Below are positions 1 to 8,082 of a DNA stretch of 64,000 nucleotides, piece by piece (the first letter of the stretch is position 1; every line of letters starts with the position of its first letter). Origin of the DNA: a virus. Location of the stretch: the IMG/VR virus record IMGVR_UViG_3300032294_002823; one strand, 5' to 3'. Below the pieces are notes generated by a model. It was not told the DNA's origin, did not search any database, and was given only the letters and a program-made list of their open reading frames with translations. A program made the position numbers and the translations under genes.

Positions 1-394
1 AGGGGTTCCATTATATCCCACACTAATGATGCGCCGTGAGGGACGATGCCAAATGACACATCCCACACGGGCACGAACAGCCCGACTGCGTTGAGATAAT
101 GCTCGAATGGTTTGAATACAGAAGCGCATGTCCCCAGGATGCATCTGAGACTTATGATTGAAAAGTGTCATAGAGTATTTTATATATGAAAAACAATATC
201 ATGAGACATGATAATAAAAGAACACAGAGAATGCCAGAAACAAGAAAGATAGTCTGCGAGATGAAGGAAGTCAAGAGAGAACACCAGAAGAAATGAGTTG
301 TACTAAGACTAGAGATTGTGGATAATAGACTATTTATAAGGGTTTGAAATGAAGTAATCCCCCGCCTGCTCCCCATGTCCACTGTGACCAGAAC

Positions 395-482
395 TGCGGG
401 TGTTATTGCGGGATATATCACGGGAAAAAATGCGGGTTATTCTGCGGGAAAAAATGCGGGTGGTGTGCGGGTGGTGTGCGGG
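395..482 (+). repeat. Phased array of eight TGCGGG (one CACGGG) hexamers, 11-12 bp period
   Basis: Copies start at 395, 407, 419, 431, 443, 455, 466, 477; inverted CCCGCA copies at 514 and 549. Confidence 0.8.
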
Positions 483-588
483 TTGTGCACGTTCTCTTAT
501 ACGCAATGCGCACCCCGCACCATGTAGCGCGCACCATCTAACACGCACCCCGCACATGATGATACGTAACCCCATGTACCCACGCATC

Positions 589-617
589 TTGACATATCAT
601 GGAACATCATGTATATT
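589..617 (+). promoter_or_regulatory. sigma70-type early promoter
   Basis: TTGACA(589-594)-17 bp-TATATT(612-617) with TG upstream of the -10. Confidence 0.75.
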
Positions 618-648
618 CAGAGATATACCCCACACACAGGAGATGGTT

Positions 649-879
649 ATGGGAAATTCTGGAGCGCGTGCTGACCGTGAAATGCAGGCCCTGATGCGGA
701 AAGTGCGCAAGTTGGCGGCTCGACAGCGCGGGACCCCCCAGGAGCAGCAGGACCGGGAGGACCAGGAGGCGGCGCCGGCGAAGAGGCGGTTCGTGGATGT
801 GTCAGGCGAACATGATGTCCGCGTGGAGGATGCCACCGCCGACGAGATTTTCCGCGAAATGAAGCGCCGGGATTTTTAA
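649..879 (+). CDS. Hypothetical early protein
   Basis: AGGAG SD at 638-642, ATG 649, downstream of promoter; 3' part of ORF 400..879. Confidence 0.6.
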   Translation: MGNSGARADREMQALMRKVRKLAARQRGTPQEQQDREDQEAAPAKRRFVDVSGEHDVRVEDATADEIFREMKRRDF

Positions 880-900
880 AATTGGGAAATCCTCAGGTAC

Positions 901-994
901 CTCAGCGCTGAACATCTCAACGCTGGGAATCTCAGCACGAAGATATTTTTGGGAATTTCGGAATTTCAGCACTGGGAATCTCAGCACTGAGACA
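901..994 (+). repeat. Five imperfect 15-bp repeats, consensus CTCAGCACTGGGAAT
   Basis: Units at 901, 916, 931, 965, 980 in a non-coding gap. Confidence 0.7.
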
Positions 995-1063
995 CCTGGA
1001 AATCGGAAAAAAATATTTTCCAAAAGCACTTGACAAATGGTTCCTGGGGTGCTAGATTGCGGT

Positions 1064-1249
1064 ATGATGAAAAACGACACCGAACTCCGCCTCGAGCTGA
1101 CGTTCCATCCCGAGGCGTCCGAGGCAGAAAAAACGCAAATCACGCGCATGCTGGCAACGGCAATCGCCGACATCATGGATGATGAAATGCGTTTCACGGA
1201 TCTAGGCGAGCTGTTGCAGGATTACACGGTGAAGATGCACAGGGCTTGA
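1064..1249 (+). CDS. Small early protein (probably leaderless)
   Basis: ATGATG 5 nt after -10 box; stop TGA lies inside the next -35 box. Confidence 0.65.
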   Translation: MMKNDTELRLELTFHPEASEAEKTQITRMLATAIADIMDDEMRFTDLGELLQDYTVKMHRA

Positions 1250-1279
1250 CACATGGTGCCCCCTAGTGTATACTACAGT

Positions 1280-1471
1280 ATGATGAAAAACGACAACACA
1301 ACCGAACAGGCGCAGCAGGCGCAGCAGGCGCAGCAGGCGCAGCAGGATCAGTCCCTCATGGGCGGCTACTATCATGGCCCCAGCAATGAGGCGGGGCTCA
1401 CCGCCCGGGAATACTGGGACGCCCGGTGGGAATATGAGGATGAGCAGGAACGCCTCAGGAACGATTGGTAA
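1280..1471 (+). CDS. Small early protein with QAQ repeat (probably leaderless)
   Basis: ATGATG 5 nt after -10; (CAGGCGCAG)4 at 1307-1342. Confidence 0.65.
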   Translation: MMKNDNTTEQAQQAQQAQQAQQDQSLMGGYYHGPSNEAGLTAREYWDARWEYEDEQERLRNDW

Positions 1472-1472
1472 C

Positions 1473-1778
1473 ATGATGCGTAGACGCATACAACCCAAGC
1501 CCCCCACGGGCACCCAGGCTCTACTCGCGGCAGAGCGCGAGGCGCGCAAGCAACGGTTACAATCCCGGGTCAGGCTCAGCCCAGGTGGGCGCCCCATGTG
1601 CCAGTACTGCGGGGTGCATGAGGCCCAGCATACGGGGCATCGCAGAAAGGATGGGAGCGTGATTTTGCGAAAACATGAAAAGCTGTACACTTGCGCAGAA
1701 TGCCATAATACACGCTATGACATCACCCCCTATTGGGGACCGCGATATAAACGCGAGGATGTTGCTGAGGCCTACTAA
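1473..1778 (+). CDS. Zn-finger-like hypothetical protein
   Basis: CQYC...CAECH motifs; starts 1 nt after previous stop. Confidence 0.6.
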   Translation: MMRRRIQPKPPTGTQALLAAEREARKQRLQSRVRLSPGGRPMCQYCGVHEAQHTGHRRKDGSVILRKHEKLYTCAECHNTRYDITPYWGPRYKREDVAEAY

Positions 1779-1800
1779 GTGCATGGAAATCAAGCACTTA
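1776..1800. promoter_or_regulatory. 25-bp imperfect palindrome TAAGTGCATG-N5-CAAGCACTTA (copy 1; others at 3223-3247, 5231-5255, 5270-5294)
   Basis: Four near-identical dyad copies, upstream of promoter repeats. Confidence 0.8.
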
Positions 1801-1864
1801 CCCCAGGGCTTGACAAATGGTGGAAACCAGTTTATACTACGGTATACACTCAAAGGAGAACAGC

Positions 1865-2032
1865 ATGACGGTGTTCGTGGTGATGGGTTCAGGCGACAAA
1901 AATGGCACCCTGCCTGAGTATACGCTTCGGGTGTTTGCTGAGCGCAAGGATGCCGTGCAGTATAAAAAGGAATTGCGGAACCAGGCCTTCAGCTACGTGA
2001 CCATCACCGAACGTCAGGTGAACAGGGCTTGA
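1865..2032 (+). CDS. Small early protein
   Basis: AAAGGAG SD; stop inside next -35 box. Confidence 0.7.
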   Translation: MTVFVVMGSGDKNGTLPEYTLRVFAERKDAVQYKKELRNQAFSYVTITERQVNRA

Positions 2033-2084
2033 CAAATGGTGGAAACCAGTTTAGCTTTAGGTATACACTCAAAAGGAGAACAGC

Positions 2085-2375
2085 TTGTCCCAGTATAACG
2101 GTTGGACGAACTATGAAACGTGGCGCGTGAACCTGGAAATGCTCGACGGGATGACCATCGAGGACTTCGGATACACGGTTCGCTACAGCGACCCCGACGA
2201 CATGGAGAAGTTGGTGGAGGACCTGGCAGGCAGCTTGGAAGAGTATGTGAATGAGCTAGTGGAGCAGGACTCCAAGGGGTTCGCGCTCGACCTCGCCCAG
2301 AGTTTCCTCAGCAAGGTGGATTGGGAGGAAATCGCGGAGCACATGGTGGATGACTACGCAGCGGAGATGGTGTAA
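2085..2375 (+). CDS. Conserved phage protein (YNGWTNYETW type)
   Basis: AAGGAG SD, TTG start; N-terminal motif recurrent in phage hypotheticals. Confidence 0.8.
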   Translation: MSQYNGWTNYETWRVNLEMLDGMTIEDFGYTVRYSDPDDMEKLVEDLAGSLEEYVNELVEQDSKGFALDLAQSFLSKVDWEEIAEHMVDDYAAEMV

Positions 2376-2650
2376 TGGTAAATCGTAACCAGGTGGCATT
2401 TGTGAACATTGTTCCGGTGTTGGAGCATATGGGATACTCCGAGGATGAGCAGGATCAGATTCTGGATGCTGGGTTCAGCAACGTCACTTGGGGAGATGCC
2501 ACCTACACGCTGATTGGCAACAACTTCGCCTTGGATTGCATTCACCGGGGCAACGTGTATCTGGACACGCCTCTGGCTGAGGATGCTGTCACTATGCGAT
2601 ATTGGGAAGTGGTGGGACAGGATGATTACATCAACATGGAGTGGTTCTAA
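2375..2650 (+). CDS. Hypothetical acidic early protein
   Basis: TAATG coupling to upstream gene. Confidence 0.7.
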   Translation: MVNRNQVAFVNIVPVLEHMGYSEDEQDQILDAGFSNVTWGDATYTLIGNNFALDCIHRGNVYLDTPLAEDAVTMRYWEVVGQDDYINMEWF

Positions 2651-2871
2651 TGGATCAGCATTTCACGGACACGGAACGCAAGGCCATCACCGACGCCTAC
2701 ATCCACCGGGTCATGGATAATATGTCCATGGCAGAGCTCTGCCAGTTTATGTATGAAAAGCTGGACGAGGAGTTGAATGAGCTGAATGACATTCAGCTGG
2801 AGTCGCAGGTTGCTGAGTATGCGCCGGACATTATCGAGGATGTAATGTTTCCCACCATCAAGGAACACTAA
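2650..2871 (+). CDS. Hypothetical acidic early protein
   Basis: TAATG coupling. Confidence 0.7.
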   Translation: MDQHFTDTERKAITDAYIHRVMDNMSMAELCQFMYEKLDEELNELNDIQLESQVAEYAPDIIEDVMFPTIKEH

Positions 2872-3044
2872 TGCTTTGGCGATTTGAGGATGCCACGGGT
2901 GTGTGGCGGACGGGCAAGATGGAACGGTTTTCGGATTTCGGTGGCACCGATGTCACCTATTGGTTCAAGGATCAGGATGGACGCATCCACCTGGTGTCAG
3001 GCGCACGACTCAAGGCAGCATACCCCTTTCCAGAGGCAAACTAA
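2871..3044 (+). CDS. Hypothetical 57-aa protein (MLWRFEDATG...), not in ORF track
   Basis: TAATG coupling; open frame to TAA 3042-3044. Confidence 0.6.
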   Translation: MLWRFEDATGVWRTGKMERFSDFGGTDVTYWFKDQDGRIHLVSGARLKAAYPFPEAN

Positions 3045-3045
3045 C

Positions 3046-3225
3046 ATGGCGGAACGCATTCTCGGTGCACTGTACGAAGGCAAGGAATATCAGCAGGCGA
3101 TGGCAGAGGCCAAGCGGGAGTTCCAAGCCTGGGAGCGGGATAAAAAGCGCAACCGCGTGTCCACCAAGGAGAAATACAAGGCGCAGCGCCTCGCCAAGCT
3201 CCATATGATGGAGATGATGCGCTAA
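3046..3225 (+). CDS. Hypothetical basic helical protein
   Basis: GAGG SD, ATG 3046. Confidence 0.6.
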   Translation: MAERILGALYEGKEYQQAMAEAKREFQAWERDKKRNRVSTKEKYKAQRLAKLHMMEMMR

Positions 3226-3292
3226 GTCCATGTAAATCAAGCACTTACGCCAGGGCTTGACAAATGGGGGAAACGGTGCTATATTACACTAT

Positions 3293-3637
3293 ATGATGAA
3301 TAACACCTACTCCGATGATGTGCGCGTGATGACTGCCGCGCTCCTGGTGTCCACGCAGTGCTATGAAAACTACGCCTTCACGCCGGAAGGGGATGTGGAT
3401 GGGGAGAACCCCTACTGGAAGGCGAAGGGGGGATCGGACTACCTGATCCTCAACGTGGACGCAGAGTCCACGGGGCTGGAGATCCAGTATGTACTGGATG
3501 CCGTGGCTCCGCAGGTGGAGACGGACAACCCCCTCTTCCGGGAGTACATCATTGGATCCCGGGTGGTGCCTGCCAACTTCACCTTCGGGGATTGGCGGGA
3601 TGACTTCCTGGAAACCATTCCCAACCCCAGGGCTTGA
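3293..3637 (+). CDS. Conserved phage hypothetical (ENY...PYWKAKGG), probably leaderless
   Basis: ATG 7 nt after -10; stop inside next -35. Confidence 0.75.
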   Translation: MMNNTYSDDVRVMTAALLVSTQCYENYAFTPEGDVDGENPYWKAKGGSDYLILNVDAESTGLEIQYVLDAVAPQVETDNPLFREYIIGSRVVPANFTFGDWRDDFLETIPNPRA

Positions 3638-3669
3638 CAAACCCGGAATCCGGTGCTATATTACAGTAT

Positions 3670-3861
3670 ATGAAAACATACACCATTAATCGGTTCGCTG
3701 AGGTTGAGGGCTTCGCCTCCACGTGGTACGTCATTAACATGGTGACGGGTCTGGCGCAGGACACCGTGTACCGCACCTACACCGAGGCGCGCGCTGCCGC
3801 GGATTTCCTGAAAACCTATTATCAGGCAGTGGAGCGGGGGCACCCACCCCGATCCTGGTGA
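3670..3861 (+). CDS. Small early protein (probably leaderless)
   Basis: ATG 7 nt after -10. Confidence 0.7.
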   Translation: MKTYTINRFAEVEGFASTWYVINMVTGLAQDTVYRTYTEARAAADFLKTYYQAVERGHPPRSW

Positions 3862-3901
3862 GCACTTGACAAATGGTTCCCCGGGTGCTATATTACATGG
3901 T

Positions 3902-4078
3902 ATGATGAATATTTACCAAATCCGAGAATACCCCGACGGCATCGCCGTGGTGGACGTGCGCACCAACTCCACGATTAATACGTGGAACCCCGAGCTCAAG
4001 CACATGGCGGTGCACTTCTGCCAGCTCCTGAATGAGCGCCTGGACCGGGAAATTTGGTCGAAACCCATTTACGCCTAG
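3902..4078 (+). CDS. Small early protein (probably leaderless)
   Basis: ATG 7 nt after -10. Confidence 0.7.
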   Translation: MMNIYQIREYPDGIAVVDVRTNSTINTWNPELKHMAVHFCQLLNERLDREIWSKPIYA

Positions 4079-4137
4079 GGCTTGACAAATGGTTCCCAGG
4101 GTGCTATATTACAGTATACACTCAAAGGAGATTAAGC

Positions 4138-4320
4138 ATGTACCATGTCCCGATGTGCAAGGTGTGCGGCGAGCATGAGGTGGGCACGTTCATCGGTAGC
4201 GCGGAGTTTTGCTCGGAGAAGTGCCAGACGGAGGCTTGCTACTCCTATGATGCCCCGGGCGACGGATGGGGGTATGATGACTGCGAAGCCCTCTATGCAG
4301 GATCCTACTCTGAGGAGTAG
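4138..4320 (+). CDS. Small Cys-rich Zn-finger protein
   Basis: AAAGGAG SD; CKVC...FCSEKC. Confidence 0.7.
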   Translation: MYHVPMCKVCGEHEVGTFIGSAEFCSEKCQTEACYSYDAPGDGWGYDDCEALYAGSYSEE

Positions 4321-4393
4321 GGCTTGACAAATGGTTGAAACGGTGCTAGATTACGCAGTATAGTCACTCAACACAACACACATCCCAGGAACT

Positions 4394-5233
4394 ATGTCTC
4401 TCCAGATTAAGCGTCGTGGTCGTCCCTCCAAGCAGATGCTCGCCGAGCGCGCCTCGAAGGCAACCGTCAAGGCTCGCACCGATATCGAGGTTCTCACCGA
4501 CCTCAAGGATCGGTTCGACATGTTGGGCAAGCTCACGCAGGGTAGCACCAAGGGTGACATTCGCAGCATGGTGGTGACGGGTGCCCCAGGCGTAGGCAAG
4601 ACCTACACGGTGAGCAACATCCTTGAGAATACGCCGAACATTGTCACGGAGTCGGTGTCGGGCGCCATCAGCGCGGTCGAGCTCTACAAGCTCGGGTATC
4701 GCAATCGCAAGCACGGCAACGTGATTGTCCTGGATGACGCCGACAGCATCTTCACCGATGAGGACGCGCTCAACATCCTCAAGGCGCTCTGCGACTCCAG
4801 CGCCAATCGCCGCGTGTCTTGGCTCAAGGACAGTCACACGCTCAAGCAGGATGATGTTCCGCAGAGCTATGAATTTCACGGCTCATTCATTTTCATTTCC
4901 AACCTTGACTTCCAGAAGTATGTAGACATGGGCGGGAACAAGTATGTCACGCATTTCGAGGCGCTCATGTCACGTAGCCTCTACTTGGATCTGCGTCTCC
5001 ATGACCGGCAGGCCATTAGTCTCTGGATCGAGCACATTGCCACGGGCGGCAAGCTCTTTGCGCGGGAAAATGTCAAGCCAGACGTTGGGAATAAGATTCT
5101 CGCCTTCATTAAGCAGCATCGGGACGACCTGCGTGAGCTGAGTCTGCGTACGGTCATGAAGCTCTGCGCGCTTGCCAAGAGTCACCCCACGGACTGGGAG
5201 CGCATGGGACGGGTTCTCTTGACGCGAGGCTAA
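4394..5233 (+). CDS. AAA+ family ATPase
   Basis: Walker A GAPGVGKT, Walker B VIVLDDAD, ALMSRS arginine finger. Confidence 0.85.
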   Translation: MSLQIKRRGRPSKQMLAERASKATVKARTDIEVLTDLKDRFDMLGKLTQGSTKGDIRSMVVTGAPGVGKTYTVSNILENTPNIVTESVSGAISAVELYKLGYRNRKHGNVIVLDDADSIFTDEDALNILKALCDSSANRRVSWLKDSHTLKQDDVPQSYEFHGSFIFISNLDFQKYVDMGGNKYVTHFEALMSRSLYLDLRLHDRQAISLWIEHIATGGKLFARENVKPDVGNKILAFIKQHRDDLRELSLRTVMKLCALAKSHPTDWERMGRVLLTRG

Positions 5234-5338
5234 GTGCATGGGACGTAAGCACTTATCCCCTCGCGCCCGTAAGTGCATATAAATCAAGCACTTAGCCAGG
5301 GCTTGACAAATGGTTCCCCGGGTGCTATATTACGCTAT

Positions 5339-5512
5339 ATGACTAAAACGACCAAGACAATCGACGCAACGCCCACGTGGGAATCACTGGTTCCCGTTCT
5401 CCTCTACCTTGTCCGAAACGCGCGCACCGTGAGCGCGGATATTGAGCAGGAGCTGGTTCGCATGGCTCAAGCAGCCGATAAGTGGAACGCTCACTGCAAG
5501 GAGACCCGCTAA
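5339..5512 (+). CDS. Small early protein (probably leaderless)
   Basis: ATG 7 nt after -10. Confidence 0.65.
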   Translation: MTKTTKTIDATPTWESLVPVLLYLVRNARTVSADIEQELVRMAQAADKWNAHCKETR

Positions 5513-6225
5513 TGTTTACGGAAGTGAACCCCAAGCTGGTGAAGGGTGAAATCCTCGGGTACAAGAGCTTCGGGATCCATTTTGCCCCGGCGCGGATCTC
5601 GGGGTATCAGGTGTGCAGTTCCGCGAGCGAAGGATGCACCACGGCGTGCCTCTACACCTCGGGACATGGCAGGTTCACGCGCACGCAGGAATCGCGCATC
5701 GCCAAGACCCGTCGGTTTTTCGAGGAGCGTCCTGAGTTCCTCACGGAGCTGGTGAAGCACGTGGAAGCTGCCATCCGGAAGGCGAAGCGGTTGCAGCTCA
5801 CCCCAGCATTCCGGTTCAACCTCACTTCCGACGTGCGCTGGGAACTGGTCCCCGTCATGGTGAAGGGTGTCCAGTATGAAAACATCATGCAGGCATTTCC
5901 GCAGGTGCAATTTTACGATTACACCAAGCATACGAACCGCAGGAACATCCCCGCAAACTACCACCTCACGTTCTCACGCAGCGAAAGCAATGATGGTGAC
6001 GTAGAGGAGATGTTTTTCCAGGGATACAACGTGGCGGTGGTGTTCGACACCAAGAAGGGTGAACCCCTGCCCACCACGTACAAGGGTCGCCCCGTAATTG
6101 ACGGCGACGAACATGACCTGAGGTTCCTAGACCCCAAGGGTGTTTGGGTGGGTCTGCGCGGCAAGGGGGAAGCCAAGAAGCACGACCACAATGGGTTTGT
6201 CATCATCACACGCAACAGGAGCTAA
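5512..6225 (+). CDS. Gp88-like Cys-motif (radical-SAM-related) phage protein
   Basis: CSSASEGCTTACLY..G.G, RFNLTSD, QFYDYTK, DGDEHDLRFLD motifs. Confidence 0.75.
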   Translation: MFTEVNPKLVKGEILGYKSFGIHFAPARISGYQVCSSASEGCTTACLYTSGHGRFTRTQESRIAKTRRFFEERPEFLTELVKHVEAAIRKAKRLQLTPAFRFNLTSDVRWELVPVMVKGVQYENIMQAFPQVQFYDYTKHTNRRNIPANYHLTFSRSESNDGDVEEMFFQGYNVAVVFDTKKGEPLPTTYKGRPVIDGDEHDLRFLDPKGVWVGLRGKGEAKKHDHNGFVIITRNRS

Positions 6226-6227
6226 TT

Positions 6228-6350
6228 ATGGATAACGTGACATATTTCTTTGCATTTCTCGGCGCCACTCTGACCGGATCCCTTGTAGGCATTTTGCTTG
6301 CGGAATTGGTGCTGCGCGCGAAGGACGCCATCCAAGGGGTGTCGTCATGA
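6228..6350 (+). CDS. Small membrane protein
   Basis: AGGAG SD; one hydrophobic helix. Confidence 0.55.
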   Translation: MDNVTYFFAFLGATLTGSLVGILLAELVLRAKDAIQGVSS

Positions 6351-6433
6351 TGAACATCCTCATGATGCTGATGATCCTGGCGATAGGAGTGCTGGCAGGC
6401 GGCGTTATGATATATGTTCTGGACAGGACATGA
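6347..6433 (+). CDS. Small membrane peptide
   Basis: ATGA overlap; 28 aa hydrophobic. Confidence 0.45.
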   Translation: MMNILMMLMILAIGVLAGGVMIYVLDRT

Positions 6434-6579
6434 AAACCGAGGTAGGGAAATCTCTAGTCATCCATAGTGTGTAAGGCGACATAAACCCCCTATTGACAGG
6501 TATCGTGTCTTTCCCCCTTACATGAAAAACTCCATACATTGTCAGAATTCCCTATAGAAAAAATTTTTCCCAGCAAAAC

Positions 6580-6780
6580 ATGACTCTTATACTGTTTTCC
6601 ATCTTTCTGTTATGCATCACCCTGTTACCCGGGGTGTTGTATCGAAAATCTCAGGGACATGATGTTCCTCCCATTCTTGCCATTCTTTCCACAACATTGT
6701 TCTTTTTCTCACCCATTGTGTTGTTGTTGGGCATCATTTATTACATCCTTCATCTCATCATTGTTGGAGTGTTTTCATGA
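6580..6780 (+). CDS. Small membrane protein
   Basis: Hydrophobic segments. Confidence 0.5.
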   Translation: MTLILFSIFLLCITLLPGVLYRKSQGHDVPPILAILSTTLFFFSPIVLLLGIIYYILHLIIVGVFS

Positions 6781-7130
6781 AAAAATACATGATACTGTGT
6801 TGTGTGTTTCTCTCTGCCTGTTTCCCCATGTATGTTCTGGCACCCAACATGTCAGGATACATTGTGCGCATTGAAAGTGATGCTGCCTGGGAAGGGGTGG
6901 TGAATGACACATGGGTGTCGGGTGTGACCACAATGAGCATTCCCGTCACGCCTCAAGTGGGGCGCGTGGTGTGTTGGGACATTAGAAAATCTCCGCCCGC
7001 GCCGGGACTGCTGCGTGTATTCATGACATATCGTGATTATCACACCGGGAGCACCACACATCCGCGATGGGGTGATGATGCCACCGTGTCCGTCCTGGGA
7101 AGAATTCGGGGATGTAGTTCTGGGTGGTGA
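6777..7130 (+). CDS. Putative lipoprotein
   Basis: MKK + hydrophobic + LSAC lipobox; ATGA overlap. Confidence 0.6.
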   Translation: MKKYMILCCVFLSACFPMYVLAPNMSGYIVRIESDAAWEGVVNDTWVSGVTTMSIPVTPQVGRVVCWDIRKSPPAPGLLRVFMTYRDYHTGSTTHPRWGDDATVSVLGRIRGCSSGW

Positions 7131-7209
7131 AAAATCGTTTCACAACGAACCATCATGTTTCACCGCCTCAGATAAATAACAATGTCCACTTTAACACGAA
7201 CACCATCTT

Positions 7210-7446
7210 ATGAAAATACCTGACATTTCAGAAATCATTGTGTCATGGCATCGGGCACGGAAACCCACGCCTGAACAAGAACATGTTGCCAATCAGCGGG
7301 CGAACATTTGCGATACCTGTGATGAACGTGAATTCATGCCCATCATTAAAATGTGGAAGTGCGGTGCCTGTGGATGTCCCATCACCAAGAAGATTTACAC
7401 ACCCAAGGGCCCAGGTGCCTGTCCCCGAGACAAATGGCCTATTTAA
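7210..7446 (+). CDS. Cys-rich Zn-binding protein (DUF6171-like)
   Basis: CDTC...CGACGC...CPRDKW; GATAAATA late-promoter variant at 7171. Confidence 0.7.
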   Translation: MKIPDISEIIVSWHRARKPTPEQEHVANQRANICDTCDEREFMPIIKMWKCGACGCPITKKIYTPKGPGACPRDKWPI

Positions 7447-8069
7447 ACGCCAACATTCCCGTGATGAGTTGTTTGGTGCGCGGAGAATATCTTCAAAATC
7501 ATGAACGCGGGTGGGGCGAATATTATCCCTGCATTGCCTTTGCCATTATGAGCCGTCCGGGTGAAGCCACGTTGTTCAACATTCTCATGGAAGATGGGGG
7601 TGTCTGGTGGGGTGTGCCCATCAGTGCCTTGTGCTGGAAAGAATGTGAACATCGTCCTTTGGAACAATTGCAACTCTGGAACAATTTCAGCTACAACGTG
7701 AGTGTAACCACGTTTGCCGCGTTGAGCCATTTGTCATGCATCTATTATGATAGAGACAATGTAAAACATCTCGGAGAATATCTGTTCACCATAGATTGGA
7801 GTCAGGGTGATTATTCAGAATTGCGCTATGGCTATGCCGAAACAGCAGACAATCATAAATGCGGGCATGTGATAAAGTTGGATTCCGGGCATTTTGCCAT
7901 ACAACCCAATAATCGAATGCGCTTCTTTGACCCCAGCTTCACGGTGAAGAAAGACTTGGTGGTGCACCGCCTCATCTCCGATAAGAAATATCGTGTGGAG
8001 AACACGCCGAAATATTCCACGGAAGATAGTAACGCCTTTTATTACAACATCATCCAAGATAACACTTAA
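7434..8069 (+). CDS. Conserved phage hypothetical (MAYLNANIP type)
   Basis: Likely start ATG 7434; YLFTIDW, HKCGH, QPNNR motifs. Confidence 0.75.
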   Translation: MAYLNANIPVMSCLVRGEYLQNHERGWGEYYPCIAFAIMSRPGEATLFNILMEDGGVWWGVPISALCWKECEHRPLEQLQLWNNFSYNVSVTTFAALSHLSCIYYDRDNVKHLGEYLFTIDWSQGDYSELRYGYAETADNHKCGHVIKLDSGHFAIQPNNRMRFFDPSFTVKKDLVVHRLISDKKYRVENTPKYSTEDSNAFYYNIIQDNT

Positions 8070-8082
8070 CCCGAGAAGAATT

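Larger units (their letters stand above)
1030..5331 (+). promoter_or_regulatory. Family of 10 repeated early sigma70 promoters, consensus GGGCTTGACAAATGGTTCCCCGGGTGCTATATTACAGTAT
   Basis: TTGACA at 1030, 1246, 1810, 2029, 3257, 3634, 3866, 4082, 4324, 5303, each followed after exactly 17 bp by TATATT/TATACT/TAGATT/TAGCTT. Confidence 0.92.

Noticed and set aside
317-325. Perfect DnaA box (TGTGGATAA) as origin evidence
   Set aside because: A single 9-mer is plausible by chance in 64 kb; no cluster of boxes
1307-1342. (CAGGCGCAG)4 as a phase-variation switch
   Set aside because: The unit is 9 bp and in frame, so copy change only alters a QAQ linker
1030-5331. CRISPR array or integron
   Set aside because: The repeats are promoters separated by whole genes of irregular length; no cas genes, integrase or attC structure
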